Origin: Gammaproteobacteria bacterium
GTDB lineage: Bacteria; Pseudomonadota; Gammaproteobacteria; SZUA-21
Length of the DNA stretch: 40,406 bases
Assembly (NCBI GenBank): GCA_003233075.1
Contig: QIKQ01000062.1
Span: 1 to 40,406 of the forward strand
Reading direction: 5' to 3'
The position numbers and the translations under genes were made by a program. Shown piece by piece: positions 1-10,188 of this stretch (its first letter is position 1; each line of letters opens with the position of its first letter). The notes below the pieces were generated by a model that was not told the origin of the DNA, did not search any database, and saw only the letters and a list, made by a program, of their open reading frames with translations.

Positions 1-88
1 ATGCCTGCGCACTTCTCGGTCGTGAAAACGTGTCATAGCATACCCTTGAACCGTCTCGCTACGAAGTGCTGTGAGAAAAGCGGGCTAG
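1..88. repeat. MITE-like repeat family A, right-hand part (truncated by window edge)
   Basis: Bases 1-88 match 9897-9970 base for base, except a 14-nt insertion (gtgtcatagcatac, 30-43). Ends in the same terminal motif gctgtgagaaaagcgggctag. Confidence 0.8.
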
Positions 89-114
89 GCAATATTTTTC
101 ATAATGCCAATACT

Positions 115-140
115 AAAAAAGGGCCATAAGGCCCTTTTTT
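115..140 (-). terminator. Rho-independent (bidirectional) terminator downstream of pnp
   Basis: aaaaaa-gggcc-ataa-ggccc-tttttt: GC stem flanked by an A-run and a T-run, 29 nt past the pnp stop. Confidence 0.8.
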
Positions 141-168
141 AGTTAACTATTTATAAAAATATTTCTAC

Positions 169-2262
169 TTAAGCTTCTGCCGCCGCAATAGCTTTCATAC
201 TTAAGCGAATACGTCCTTGCTTATCAACTTCAAGTACTTTTACTTTAATTTGATCGCCTTCCGATAATTTATCACTCACTTTCTCTACTCGTTCTTCTGA
301 AATTTGAGAGATGTGAACTAAACCATCTTTGCCAGGTAATATTGTCACGAATGCACCGAAGTCCATTAATTTAACAACCTTACCATCGTATATTTTACCG
401 ACTTCAACATCAGCAGTTATAAGCTCAATACGTTCACGAGCCTTATTAGCACCATCATTGTCACTAGAAGCAATTCGAACAACACCTTCATCCGTAATGT
501 CGATTGTAGTTCCAGTTTCCTCACATAGGCCACGAATAACTGCCCCACCCTTGCCAATGACATCGCGAATCTTGCTTGGATCAATTTTGAATTCAGTAAT
601 GCGCGGAGCAAACTCAGACATCTCAGTACGTGATTCTGAAAGTACTTCATTCATTTGTTCTAAAATATGAAATCGAGCATCTTTCGCTTGAGCTAAGGCA
701 ATTTCCATTATCTCTTTGGTTATGCCATCGATCTTAATATCCATTTGTAAAGCGTTGATACCGTCTTTAGTGCCTGCAACTTTAAAATCCATATCACCTA
801 AATGATCTTCATCTCCCATGATATCGGTAAGCACTGCATAATCATCGCCTTCTTTAATGAGGCCCATCGCAATACCTGCAACGGGTGCTTTAATAGGGAC
901 GCCTGCATCCATTAATGAAAGACTGGTGCCACAAACTGAAGCCATTGAGCTTGAACCATTCGATTCAGTAATTTCTGATACTACTCGAATCACATAAGGA
1001 AAATCACTCATGTCTGGCATCACTGCTTTGATGCCACGTTTTGCTAATCGACCGTGACCGATTTCGCGTCGTTTGGGACTACCAATAAAACCAGTTTCAC
1101 CAACACAGTATGGAGGAAAATTATAATGTAATAAAAATGGCTCTTTGCTCACGCCCTGTAACGAGTCAATCAATTGTGAATCGCGTTCGGTGCCCAAAGT
1201 GGTAACAACCAAGGCTTGTGTTTCGCCTCGAGTAAACAAAGCAGAACCGTGTGTTCTTGGTAGTACACCGGTACGCATATTCAAAGATCTCACTGTTTTA
1301 TTGTCGCGGCCATCAATACGTTTTTCGCCTGCTAATATTCTGCTACGAACCATCTTCTTTTCAACTTTAGCAAATGCACTTTTAATTTCATCAGCAGTGA
1401 CTGAGTCTTCAGCATCAGTGACTAGCTTTTCAACAGTTGCCGCTTTAGCTTCACCAACTTTTTCATATCGAGCAAGTTTTTCAGCAATTTCATAAGCTGC
1501 TTCTAAATCGCTTTTACAAGCATCACCTACAGTACTTATAAGTGCTTCATTTTCTTCTGGTGTTTCCCAAACCCATTGTTCCGTACCAACGTCTTTAGCA
1601 AACTCAGCAATCGCTTTAACCATTACTTGTGATTGTTCATGACCATACATAACAGCACCTAACATAACATCTTCTGGCAACTGATCAGCTTCTGATTCAA
1701 CCATAAGAACTGCTTTATCAGTTCCTGCAACAATTAAATCTAATTTAGATTCTTTAAGCGCTTCAAAACCTGGATTTAAAGTATAGTTTCCGTCTTCATA
1801 ACCCACCCGAGCACAACCCATCGGACCAGCAAAAGGAATGCCTGAAATTGCTAAGGCAGCGGAAGTTCCAATCATTGATGGAATATCAGGAGGCACATCT
1901 TCATTAAGAGAAATGACAGTAATAACGACTTGAACTTCATTTTTGAAGCCTTTAGGAAATAAAGGTCGAATTGGCCTATCTATCAGACGAGCGGTTAAAG
2001 TTTCTTCTTCGGAAGGACGACCCTCACGCCGAAAAAAGTTACCGGGTACTCGGCCTGCGGCGTAAGTTTTTTCTTGATAATTAACTGTAAGTGGAAAAAA
2101 ATCTCGACCTGGATCAGCCGTTTTTGACCCGACAGCTGTTACTAGTACGACGGTTCCTGACATATCAACAATAACCGCACCATTCGCTTGTCGTGCGATT
2201 TCACCCGTTTCTATTGTAACGACATGTTCGCCGTATTGGAATTGTTTGCTTTTCGGAGTCAC
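169..2262 (-). CDS. pnp: Polyribonucleotide nucleotidyltransferase (PNPase)
   Basis: 697 aa with two RNase PH-like halves plus C-terminal KH and S1 regions (GKGGAVIR..., [13 protein letters not shown]). GTG start with AGGA 10 nt upstream. Follows rpsO as in other bacteria. Confidence 0.97.
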   Translation of the reverse strand: MTPKSKQFQYGEHVVTIETGEIARQANGAVIVDMSGTVVLVTAVGSKTADPGRDFFPLTVNYQEKTYAAGRVPGNFFRREGRPSEEETLTARLIDRPIRPLFPKGFKNEVQVVITVISLNEDVPPDIPSMIGTSAALAISGIPFAGPMGCARVGYEDGNYTLNPGFEALKESKLDLIVAGTDKAVLMVESEADQLPEDVMLGAVMYGHEQSQVMVKAIAEFAKDVGTEQWVWETPEENEALISTVGDACKSDLEAAYEIAEKLARYEKVGEAKAATVEKLVTDAEDSVTADEIKSAFAKVEKKMVRSRILAGEKRIDGRDNKTVRSLNMRTGVLPRTHGSALFTRGETQALVVTTLGTERDSQLIDSLQGVSKEPFLLHYNFPPYCVGETGFIGSPKRREIGHGRLAKRGIKAVMPDMSDFPYVIRVVSEITESNGSSSMASVCGTSLSLMDAGVPIKAPVAGIAMGLIKEGDDYAVLTDIMGDEDHLGDMDFKVAGTKDGINALQMDIKIDGITKEIMEIALAQAKDARFHILEQMNEVLSESRTEMSEFAPRITEFKIDPSKIRDVIGKGGAVIRGLCEETGTTIDITDEGVVRIASSDNDGANKARERIELITADVEVGKIYDGKVVKLMDFGAFVTILPGKDGLVHISQISEERVEKVSDKLSEGDQIKVKVLEVDKQGRIRLSMKAIAAAEA

Positions 2263-2289
2263 GTATTTTATTCCTGCAAGTAGTTATGA

Positions 2290-2553
2290 TTAACGACGTA
2301 AACCAAGACGCTTAATTAGGTTTTGGTAGCTCTCTATACTTTCTCTTTTTAAATAATCTAGTAATTTACGACGTCGATTGATCATGCGTAATAAGCCCTG
2401 ACGTGAATGATGATCATGCTTATGTGTTTCAAAATGACCTGCCAATTCATTAATTCGAGTAGTAAGAAGTGCTACTTGAACTTCCGGTGAGCCAGTATCG
2501 GCATCACTTCGTCGGTAATCTTTAATGACATCACCTTTTGTACTTGTACCCAT
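2290..2553 (-). CDS. rpsO: 30S ribosomal protein S15
   Basis: 87 aa with [12 protein letters not shown]...[30 protein letters not shown], closely resembling E. coli S15. AGGAGA RBS. Confidence 0.97.
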   Translation of the reverse strand: MGTSTKGDVIKDYRRSDADTGSPEVQVALLTTRINELAGHFETHKHDHHSRQGLLRMINRRRKLLDYLKRESIESYQNLIKRLGLRR

Positions 2554-2786
2554 TGGTTCATATCTCCTGATATAAATTTTTTTAAATATAAATATTGGTT
2601 TAAACTGAAACAGTTAGTCTATTCTCAAATTTCATTCAGTTTTCCAGTTTTCTATAAAATCCCGTTTATAAGCATAATTAAATTTTTATGCTTAAAAACG
2701 CGATCTCATAAGCTCGCGCGTATTTTACCCGCAGCAAGCTCTTTCAGCAAGCGAAGTCTTGTGGCAACTGCTTGTTTGTACTAGCC

Positions 2787-2980
2787 GTTGTCCCTGAAAA
2801 AGTCGTATTTTAGCGTCTACTGCGTTCACCAAGCACTTTTTGGCCACGGATGGTCTTATGCCGCGTAGCACACGGATGTGCGAGAGCGGTCCGAGTGCTC
2901 ATTTACCCGATTTGTAAACTCCGCTCCGGTTCGCTTGGCTGCCTTGTAGCCACACAAAATACGTCATTTTCAGAAACAAC
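2787..2980. repeat. Foldback / MITE-like element family C in the truB-rpsO spacer
   Basis: 25-nt terminal inverted repeats: gttgtccctgaaaaagtcgtatttt (2787-2811) and aaaatacgtcattttcagaaacaac (2956-2980), 21/25 complementary. The interior is clearly more GC-rich than its surroundings. The GC-rich block starts near 2700. Confidence 0.6.
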
Positions 2981-3007
2981 TAATAAAATCTATAAATTTT
3001 TAGCTAT

Positions 3008-3982
3008 TTAGTCGATCAGAAAAATGCGCTTCGGAGCCACTTTTCCGTCGTCTTGCATCTGGCCGAGACCGATAAACTGTTTTTCACCCTTATAAAGCCT
3101 TACTAATCCGCTGCTTGGCGCCTGAGCCACCCTAACTGCTTGGCCCTGACATATATAATAAGCCGAATCGCCAGTTAACTGAATTTCTGGCCAATCGCTT
3201 AATGCTGATTCAATTGGCAACAAAAGCTGATCTAAACCGACAAAATTATCAACCTCTTGAACCTGATTTACATTCTGATCATCGCCCAGATTCAGACCGG
3301 CCGCAATTGCAATTAATTCCTCATAACTGATCATTTGCTCAGAATCAGTATACGGGCTAACTGCAGTTCGCCTTAACTCGCAAACGTGTGCGCCACAGCC
3401 TAATATTTCACCAATATCTTCTACCAATGTACGTATATAGGTACCCTTAGAACAACTCACTTTTACTTCCAATTCTGACTCGTTAAAATCTAATAGCTTA
3501 ATATTGTAGAGAGTGATCTTTCTCGCTTTACGCTCTACTTCTATACCTTGCCTAGCCAATTCGTATAAACGCTTGCCCTGATATTTTAACGCCGAATACA
3601 TAGGCGGAATTTGCTCAGTTTCACCTTCAAACTTACTTAAAGTTGCATTAATCAGTTTTTCTGTTAGTTTCGGCACTTTTCTCTGAAGTACTATCTCCCC
3701 TTCCGTATCCGCAGTCGTGGTTTTAATTCCCAATGTACATTTAAAAATATAAGTTTTATCCGAATCTAATAAAAAAGCTGAAACTTTGGTTGCTTCACCA
3801 AAACAAATCGGCAGCATACCGGTAGCAATAGGATCTAGGCTTCCAGTATGACCCGCCTTAGCAGCTTTATAAACACGTTTAACTAATTGTAAAATTTGGT
3901 TTGAAGAGTGACCAGCGGGCTTATCTAGCAACAAAACCCCGTTTACTTTACGCCCACGTCGAACTCTGTTTTTTCGAGCCAT
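3008..3982 (-). CDS. truB: tRNA pseudouridine-55 synthase TruB
   Basis: MARKNRVRRGRKVNGVLLLDKPAGHSSNQ...GHTGSLDPIATGMLPICFGEATK matches the TruB N-terminus and catalytic Asp motif. Start moved to ATG 3982; the track ORF extension to 4096 overlaps rbfA. ATG 4003 is an alternative. Confidence 0.93.
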   Translation of the reverse strand: MARKNRVRRGRKVNGVLLLDKPAGHSSNQILQLVKRVYKAAKAGHTGSLDPIATGMLPICFGEATKVSAFLLDSDKTYIFKCTLGIKTTTADTEGEIVLQRKVPKLTEKLINATLSKFEGETEQIPPMYSALKYQGKRLYELARQGIEVERKARKITLYNIKLLDFNESELEVKVSCSKGTYIRTLVEDIGEILGCGAHVCELRRTAVSPYTDSEQMISYEELIAIAAGLNLGDDQNVNQVQEVDNFVGLDQLLLPIESALSDWPEIQLTGDSAYYICQGQAVRVAQAPSSGLVRLYKGEKQFIGLGQMQDDGKVAPKRIFLID

Positions 3983-3989
3983 AGAATAG

Positions 3990-4424
3990 TCAGTCTTTGC
4001 CATCAACTTGTTTATTGACGTCAGATGAATTGGAATCCGAAATGACAGTGCCATTAGATTGTGCTTTTTGACGATCTTCAGCAACAGCGCTATCAATCAA
4101 TTTAGATATTTCAGCACCACGTTCAACTGAAACATCGTATATAAAAATTAATTTTGGTATGATTCTTAAACTAACTTGGCGACCCAACTCACTGCGTAAA
4201 TATCCCGACATCGATTCCAGGACTTTAATTAACTGCTTCTTATCGGTATTTTCTTCTAGGCTGGTTATATAAATTTTAGCCTGACTTAAATCAGGGGTCA
4301 CTTTAACTGCGCTAATAGTAAGCATACTGACTCGTGGATCTTTAACTTCAGTATTAATTAAAACAGCGAGCTCGCGTTTAATTTGCTCGCTTACTTTTCG
4401 GCTTCTACTAGGATCTTTTGGCAT
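3990..4424 (-). CDS. rbfA: Ribosome-binding factor A
   Basis: 144 aa, RSRKVSEQIKRELAVLI...DPRV motif, conserved position between infB and truB. Has a longer acidic/Ser-rich C-terminal tail. Confidence 0.92.
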   Translation of the reverse strand: MPKDPSRSRKVSEQIKRELAVLINTEVKDPRVSMLTISAVKVTPDLSQAKIYITSLEENTDKKQLIKVLESMSGYLRSELGRQVSLRIIPKLIFIYDVSVERGAEISKLIDSAVAEDRQKAQSNGTVISDSNSSDVNKQVDGKD

Positions 4425-4460
4425 TATTAAATTCGACTTTCCTATTTGATTTTCCTTGGG

Positions 4461-7088
4461 CTAAATAGTTCGCACAACCTCAACTCGCTCAAATACTTCA
4501 ATCTGGTCATTCGCTTTAATATCATTGTAATTCTTAACTCCAATACCGCATTCAACGCCAGATTTTACCTCATTAACATCTTCTTTAAATCGACGTAGAG
4601 ACTCAAGCTCACCTTCGTAAATGACGACATTATCACGTAGGACACGGATTGGTAGACTTTTCTTAACCGTCCCTTCAATAACGATGCAGCCAGCAATCGC
4701 ACCTAAAGCGGATGACCTAAAGACATCACGCACTTCCGCGTTACCAACAATATTTTCTTTGAACACAGGCTCCAACATGCCAGACAAGACATCTCGCACC
4801 ATATCGATGACATCATAAATAACACTGTAATAATTTAGCTGTATGGCTTCGTCTTCGACTAAACGTTTGGCAGATGAATCTGCACGAACATTGAAACCAA
4901 CGATTGTCGCTTGTGATGCAATCGCTAAATTAACATCTGATTCATTTATACCGCCAACACTAGAGGCAATAATTTTAACTTGCACTTCCTCGTTTGATAG
5001 ATCTTCTAACGAGTTACACAAGGCTTCAACTGAACCATGAACATCAGCCTTAATAAGTATAGGCAACACGCTGACCTTACCTTCATCCACCATTTTAAAT
5101 AAGTTTTCGCGCTGAATCGCTTGCTGCTTGGAAAGTTTTGAAGCTCGATACTTATCCCGACGCATTTCGGCAACTTCTTTCGCCTTTTTCTCATTTTGAA
5201 CTGCAAGTGCATCATCGCCAGCACTAGGGGCACCTGATAAGCCTAATACTTCAACAGGTATTGAAGGTCCTGCAGACTTGATTGGTTTACCATTTTCGTC
5301 TAGCATCGCTCGTATTCGACCAAATTCACGACCAGCCAATAACATTTCGCCTTTATTAAGTGTTCCAGACTGAATCAGTATAGTTGCAACGACACCTCGG
5401 CCTTTATCTAGCCGAGATTCGATAACTATGCCTTTGGCTGAGCAATCTTTTGGCGCTTGTAATTCAAGTAATTCAGCTTGTAACGAGATTGCTTCAAGTA
5501 ATGCTTCTATGCCCTCACCGGTCTTAGCCGACACATGGACAAACATTGTATCACCACCCCAGTCTTCTGGGATAACATTCTCAGCGCCTAATTCTTGTTT
5601 AACTTTATCTGGGTTAGCGTCCTCTCTGTCGATTTTATTCACTGCAACAATCATTGGTACACCTGCAGCTTTAGCATGTTGAATCGCTTCTTTTGTCTGC
5701 GGCATGACGCCATCATCAGCAGCAACAACTAAAATAACGATATCCGTTACTTTAGAACCTCGTGCACGCATCGCGGTAAAAGCTTCATGTCCCGGGGTGT
5801 CAAGAAAAGTAATATTGCCTTTACTCGTTTCAACATGATAAGCACCAATGTGCTGAGTAATTCCACCCGCCTCACCGGAAGCAACACGTGTTTTTCGTAT
5901 GTGATCAAGTAATGAAGTTTTGCCATGGTCGACATGACCCATAATAGTAACAACCGGAGAGCGATGCTCTAATGTACCTTCAATTTTCGCTTCTTCTACA
6001 ATCTCTTCCTCTAAGGCATCTTCACGATATAATTTAACCGTGTGCCCCATTTCTTCAACGACGAGAGACGCAGTTTCTTGATCAAGCACCTGGTTAATCG
6101 TTACCATACTACCCATGTTCATCATTACCTTAATTACTTCGGCCGCCTTGACAGTCATTTTCTGAGCTAACTCACTAACTGAAATTGACTCAGGAATTGA
6201 AACTTCACGTATAATTGGAACTGTTGGTTTCTCGAAACCATGCGCACCTGTCGAGGTACTAGCTTGATTGTAAATTTTCTTTTTACGTCGCCGCCCACTC
6301 TTTCCTTCGCTTACATGTAATTCGCCGCCCCCGCCAAATTTATCAAAACGTTTATTTTTACTTCGTTCTTTATCTTTACCACGACCAGGTTTGTCTTTAG
6401 ACTTGCCAGGTTTGGCTGCCGCTCTAAATTTTGTGGTAGCTGTTTTATCTTGTTTACTGGTCTCTTCTTTTACAGAACTTTTTGCAGAACTTTTTGCAAC
6501 TGCTTGCACGACTGTCTCTTTTTTCTCTTCGACTACTTGTTGTATTTGATCCTGTTCGACTAAACCTACCTCTACAAATAAATCATTTTCCGCCTTATCG
6601 ACTTTTACTTTAGTCTCCACTTCTGAGTCAATCACTTTCTCTTCGCTTACCACTTTTTCGTCTTCTTTTACCTTAATGTTCTTTCGCTCTAAATCTTCCT
6701 TAAGAGTATCTTGACGTTTCTTTTCATATTCTTCTGCGATCAAAGCACGACGTTCATTTTCTTCTTCTACTATGACACTTCGTTTTACATAAGTGCGTTT
6801 TTTTCTAACTTCCACTGCAACAGTTTTACCACGCCCTTGTGAGCCCGTCAGATGTAACTCAGTTTGAGTTTTACGCTTTAAAGTAATTTTTTTAGGTTCG
6901 CCAAAACTTGGGGCATCAGATTTACCATGGCTTTTGCGTAAAAAAGTCAGTAACAGCACTTTTTCGTCCTCGCTAATTTTTGCATCAGCGTCTTTTACTT
7001 TCATACCAGCCTCAACCAACTGCTTTAACAAGCGATCTGCCGGAATGCCCAATACTTCTGAAAACTGTTTGACCGTCACTTCTGACAT
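4461..7088 (-). CDS. infB: Translation initiation factor IF-2
   Basis: 875 aa. GTPase motifs [17 protein letters not shown] and NKID; Lys/Glu-rich N-terminal region; nusA-infB synteny. Confidence 0.98.
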   Translation of the reverse strand: MSEVTVKQFSEVLGIPADRLLKQLVEAGMKVKDADAKISEDEKVLLLTFLRKSHGKSDAPSFGEPKKITLKRKTQTELHLTGSQGRGKTVAVEVRKKRTYVKRSVIVEEENERRALIAEEYEKKRQDTLKEDLERKNIKVKEDEKVVSEEKVIDSEVETKVKVDKAENDLFVEVGLVEQDQIQQVVEEKKETVVQAVAKSSAKSSVKEETSKQDKTATTKFRAAAKPGKSKDKPGRGKDKERSKNKRFDKFGGGGELHVSEGKSGRRRKKKIYNQASTSTGAHGFEKPTVPIIREVSIPESISVSELAQKMTVKAAEVIKVMMNMGSMVTINQVLDQETASLVVEEMGHTVKLYREDALEEEIVEEAKIEGTLEHRSPVVTIMGHVDHGKTSLLDHIRKTRVASGEAGGITQHIGAYHVETSKGNITFLDTPGHEAFTAMRARGSKVTDIVILVVAADDGVMPQTKEAIQHAKAAGVPMIVAVNKIDREDANPDKVKQELGAENVIPEDWGGDTMFVHVSAKTGEGIEALLEAISLQAELLELQAPKDCSAKGIVIESRLDKGRGVVATILIQSGTLNKGEMLLAGREFGRIRAMLDENGKPIKSAGPSIPVEVLGLSGAPSAGDDALAVQNEKKAKEVAEMRRDKYRASKLSKQQAIQRENLFKMVDEGKVSVLPILIKADVHGSVEALCNSLEDLSNEEVQVKIIASSVGGINESDVNLAIASQATIVGFNVRADSSAKRLVEDEAIQLNYYSVIYDVIDMVRDVLSGMLEPVFKENIVGNAEVRDVFRSSALGAIAGCIVIEGTVKKSLPIRVLRDNVVIYEGELESLRRFKEDVNEVKSGVECGIGVKNYNDIKANDQIEVFERVEVVRTI

Positions 7089-7107
7089 AGTTTAACCTAT
7101 TTGTTGT

Positions 7108-8643
7108 TTATCCTTGCTGCTTATCGACTTGCTTCTCAGCTTGTTCGTCGACTTCTTCATCAGCAAACCAATGCGCTCTAGCACTCATAATTATTTTTGC
7201 GGCTTTTTCATCACCTATTTTTTCTATTTCTTGCAACTCATCTACAGCCAGCTCGGCAAGATCATCTCGCGTTATTATATTTTTACTGGCTAATTTATAC
7301 GCTAAATCTTCAGTGACACCTTCAACTCCAAGTAAGTCTTCCTGCGGCTTCTTGTCACCCAAAGATTCTTCATCAACTATCATGCGCGTTAACAATACAT
7401 CCCGCGCTCTGCCGCGTAGCTCTTCAACGATATCTTCATCAAATTCATCAATTTCCAAAAGCTCTGATGTCGGCACGTAGGCGACTTCTTCTACTGTCGA
7501 AAATCCTTCTTGTGCTAAAATGCCAGCCACTTCTTCATCGACAGCCAAGGCTTCCTTAAACATCATTTGGACTTTTTCAATTTCGGCTTCATTCTTTTCT
7601 TCAGCCTGAGCGTCCGTCATTACATTGAGTTCCCAACCAGTTAAATCACTCGCTAATTTTACGTTCTGCCCACCCTTACCAATGGCTTGTGAAAGTTGAT
7701 CCTCAGATACTGCAACGTCCATACTGTGCTTATCTTCATCTACCACAATTGATAATACTTCCGCAGGAGACATCGCATTTATAACAAACTGCGCAGCATT
7801 TTCATCGTGCAAAATTATATCAACACGTTCGCCACCCAATTCATTTGATACAGTTTGCACTCGCGAGCCGCGCATTCCGACGCAAGCCCCAATTGGATCA
7901 ATTCGAGGGTCATTGGATTTAACCGCAATTTTTGCTCTTAAACCTGGGTCTCTTGACGCTGCAACTATTTCTATTAGACCTTGACCAACTTCAGGTACTT
8001 CGAGATTAAATAACTCGAGAAGTAACTCAGGTGCAGTACGACTTACAAATAATTGCGGACCGCGTTGCTCAGAACGAACATCATACAAATAGCCTCGAAC
8101 TCGATCACCCGGCTTTAATGCCTCACGTGGAATTAAGTCTTCACGCATAATGGCTGCTTCCGCATTGGACCCTAAGTCAATAAATATATTGCCTCGCTCC
8201 ACACGTTTGACCACACCAGAAACTAAATTGCCTTTCTTTTCTTGAAACAGTTCAACTATCTGTGCCCGTTCAGCTTCTCGTACTTTTTGCACAATAACTT
8301 GTTTAGCAGTTTGCGCTGCTATTCTGCCGAAAACTGCAGACTCCATATCTTCTTCAACGAATTCCCCAACTTGTACATCAGGCTGATCTAGTTGTGCTGC
8401 ACTTTGACTAATTTGTTTTAAAGGAAATTCTTGTTCTTCATCGTCATCCACTACCGCCCAACGACGAAATGTATCATAACCACCTGTTTCTCGATCAATC
8501 GAAACTCGAACTTCGATATCAATGCCCTGTTTTTTCTTAGCAGCAGACGCCAACGCCGCTTCCATTGCTTGAAAAATAACGTCGCGATCGACACCTTTCT
8601 CATTGGAAACAGCATCTACAACTAACAGTATTTCTTTATTCAT
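7108..8643 (-). CDS. nusA: Transcription termination/antitermination factor NusA
   Basis: 511 aa. S1 and KH regions ([24 protein letters not shown]) and a C-terminal acidic repeat region. Confidence 0.97.
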   Translation of the reverse strand: MNKEILLVVDAVSNEKGVDRDVIFQAMEAALASAAKKKQGIDIEVRVSIDRETGGYDTFRRWAVVDDDEEQEFPLKQISQSAAQLDQPDVQVGEFVEEDMESAVFGRIAAQTAKQVIVQKVREAERAQIVELFQEKKGNLVSGVVKRVERGNIFIDLGSNAEAAIMREDLIPREALKPGDRVRGYLYDVRSEQRGPQLFVSRTAPELLLELFNLEVPEVGQGLIEIVAASRDPGLRAKIAVKSNDPRIDPIGACVGMRGSRVQTVSNELGGERVDIILHDENAAQFVINAMSPAEVLSIVVDEDKHSMDVAVSEDQLSQAIGKGGQNVKLASDLTGWELNVMTDAQAEEKNEAEIEKVQMMFKEALAVDEEVAGILAQEGFSTVEEVAYVPTSELLEIDEFDEDIVEELRGRARDVLLTRMIVDEESLGDKKPQEDLLGVEGVTEDLAYKLASKNIITRDDLAELAVDELQEIEKIGDEKAAKIIMSARAHWFADEEVDEQAEKQVDKQQG

Positions 8644-8694
8644 GCTCTCAGTGCCTCTAATCCTGATTGTGCAACAACTTTACTATTCCGTAGC

Positions 8695-8829
8695 TTAAGG
8701 ACACCTCTAATTGTGTCTATTTGCACGCTGGCGGCGTTGTCGAACTTTTTAAAATGCGGGGTCGCGCAGCGATAAACTGCGCTTTTAAAAAGCAGCGCAC
8801 AAATACCCCAATTTTTGAGGTGCCCTTAA
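8695..8829. repeat. MITE-like repeat family B, copy 1 (rimP-nusA spacer)
   Basis: Near-identical to 22890-23050 apart from indels. Imperfect terminal inverted repeats of about 35 nt (ggacacctctaattgtgtctatttgcacgctgg / ccagcgcacaaataccccaatttttgaggtgccc). TTAA on both flanks. Internal hairpin gcgcag-cgataaa-ctgcgc followed by tttt on the plus strand. Confidence 0.8.
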
Positions 8830-8838
8830 TATAAGTCT

Positions 8839-9291
8839 CTAATCTATAGGGACTAAACGTGCTTGCTGAATGTCCGCCAAGGGTAAATCATAAACTTGCT
8901 TATCAACCTCAATCTCTACCCTGTTATCTATTACCGCAAGTAACTTACCCTTAAAATTGCGTCTACCTTCAAATGCAATTAGAGTTTTAATGCGTACGTC
9001 TCTGCCAATAAATTCTTCATAGTGCTTTTTATCAAATAAGGGTCTGTCCAAGCCCGGTGAGGATACTTCGAGTGTATACCGACCGTTAATCGGATCCTCT
9101 ACGTCTAAAACTGCACTTAATTGCTCACTTACTATTTGACAATCATTTAAATTAATTCCTTTTTTGGAATCAATGTATATTCGCAATAAGCTATTTTTAT
9201 TTCTAGCTTGATAGTCTACCCCTATCATCGTGTATCCAAGCCCGCTTACCGTACTTTCAATTATCAATTTTAAATCAGCTTGGCTAGGCAT
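8839..9291 (-). CDS. rimP: Ribosome maturation factor RimP
   Basis: 150 aa, YTLEVSSPGLDRPL motif, position between tRNA-fMet and nusA. Confidence 0.93.
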   Translation of the reverse strand: MPSQADLKLIIESTVSGLGYTMIGVDYQARNKNSLLRIYIDSKKGINLNDCQIVSEQLSAVLDVEDPINGRYTLEVSSPGLDRPLFDKKHYEEFIGRDVRIKTLIAFEGRRNFKGKLLAVIDNRVEIEVDKQVYDLPLADIQQARLVPID

Positions 9292-9380
9292 TTTATTTCT
9301 GAACTTTCCTTAAACTCTTAAATTTCTCACTACTCAAATAAATAATCTTCTGTTAACTTATTTTTCTACAGTCTAGAACC

Positions 9381-9408
9381 AAAAAGTGGGCCTGCGGCCC
9401 ACTTTTTA
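9381..9408 (-). terminator. Intrinsic terminator/attenuator between tRNA-fMet and rimP
   Basis: aaaaa-gtgggcc-tgc-ggcccac-ttttt hairpin. Same position as the partial terminator after metY in the E. coli metY-rimP-nusA leader. Confidence 0.7.
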
Positions 9409-9522
9409 CTTATATTCATGTCTGGACTCTATTATAACCCCTAGTAGCAAATTTCGCCAACTTTTAGCTTAAATGAAAGCCTAAAAAAGCCCCATGTAGG
9501 AGCTTCTTCAAATGGAGCTAAT

Positions 9523-9599
9523 TGGTAGCGGGGACAGGATTTGAACCTGTGACCTTCGGGTTATGAGCCCGACGAGCTGCCAGACTGCTCCACCCCGCA
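9523..9599 (-). tRNA. metY: Initiator tRNA-fMet (CAT)
   Basis: The reverse complement reads TGCGGGGTGGAGCAGTCTGGCAGCTCGTCGGGCTCATAACCCGAAGGTCACAGGTTCAAATCCTGTCCCCGCTACCA. It has the CAU anticodon, three consecutive G:C pairs in the anticodon stem, A11:U24, an unpaired 1:72 position and an encoded CCA. Confidence 0.93.
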
Positions 9600-9611
9600 T
9601 CAGGCTTGCGA

Positions 9612-9640
9612 ATATTACCTAGACAATACTATTTAATCAA
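9612..9640 (-). promoter_or_regulatory. Candidate sigma70 promoter for tRNA-fMet/rimP operon
   Basis: On the minus strand: TTGATT (9640-9635), 17-nt spacer, TAATAT (9617-9612), then a GC-rich discriminator about 12 nt before the tRNA 5' end. Confidence 0.45.
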
Positions 9641-9800
9641 GTGATTACCTAAACAAAATCAATTCTTTATTCAATTAATTTCAAATCTTTGAAAGCAAGG
9701 CCAATATTTTCTCTATATTTGCTCATATTTCTAATTTTTGTCTTAATTCGAACCTAACTTGATTTCTTAGTAGATGATTGAACAAAATCAATTACTCACT

Positions 9801-9970
9801 CTAGCCCGCATTTCTCACAGCCCATCTACTGCAACGGCCCAATTGCATACTATGACTCGTTTTCACTCGGTCCAAGCGCTCGACATAGTGTCGACTATGC
9901 CTGCGCACTTCTCGGTCGTGAAAACCCTTGAACCGTCTCGCTACGAAGTGCTGTGAGAAAAGCGGGCTAG
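9801..9970. repeat. MITE-like repeat family A, full copy
   Basis: 21-nt terminal inverted repeats ctagcccgcatttctcacagc (9801-9821) and gctgtgagaaaagcgggctag (9950-9970), 20/21 complementary. The right 74 nt are identical to window bases 1-88 minus a 14-nt indel. Confidence 0.8.
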
Positions 9971-10137
9971 TCCTTAAGGCGTTTTTTTATAAAGTCAGGC
10001 GGGCAATCGGGGCTGTTTATAGCTTGTAGCAAGCTCACCTTTTTGGTGAGACCAGTAGCACTACTAATGACGTTAAATCACGAAGTTATGCCTTACAAAT
10101 GCGATCAACTAATGTGCTAGGTTTGACATTATTTCTT

Positions 10138-10162
10138 AAAAAAACGGGCGCATTTGCGCCCG
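10138..10162 (-). terminator. Rho-independent terminator of the DsrE-like gene
   Basis: cgggcgc-attt-gcgcccg stem-loop, followed on the minus strand by a 7-T run, 27 nt after the stop codon. Confidence 0.8.
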
Positions 10163-10188
10163 CCTTAGGTTGGATATTCTAACTAAGC

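Noticed and set aside
3983-4096. N-terminal extension of the truB ORF overlapping rbfA
   Set aside because: The TruB homology starts at MARKNRVRRGRK (ATG 3982). The extension overlaps the rbfA coding end in another frame and has no counterpart in TruB proteins.
9774-9956. 60-aa plus-strand ORF
   Set aside because: It lies almost entirely inside the family A repeat, whose second copy carries a frame-breaking 14-nt indel. It has no RBS and its composition simply reflects the GC-rich repeat.
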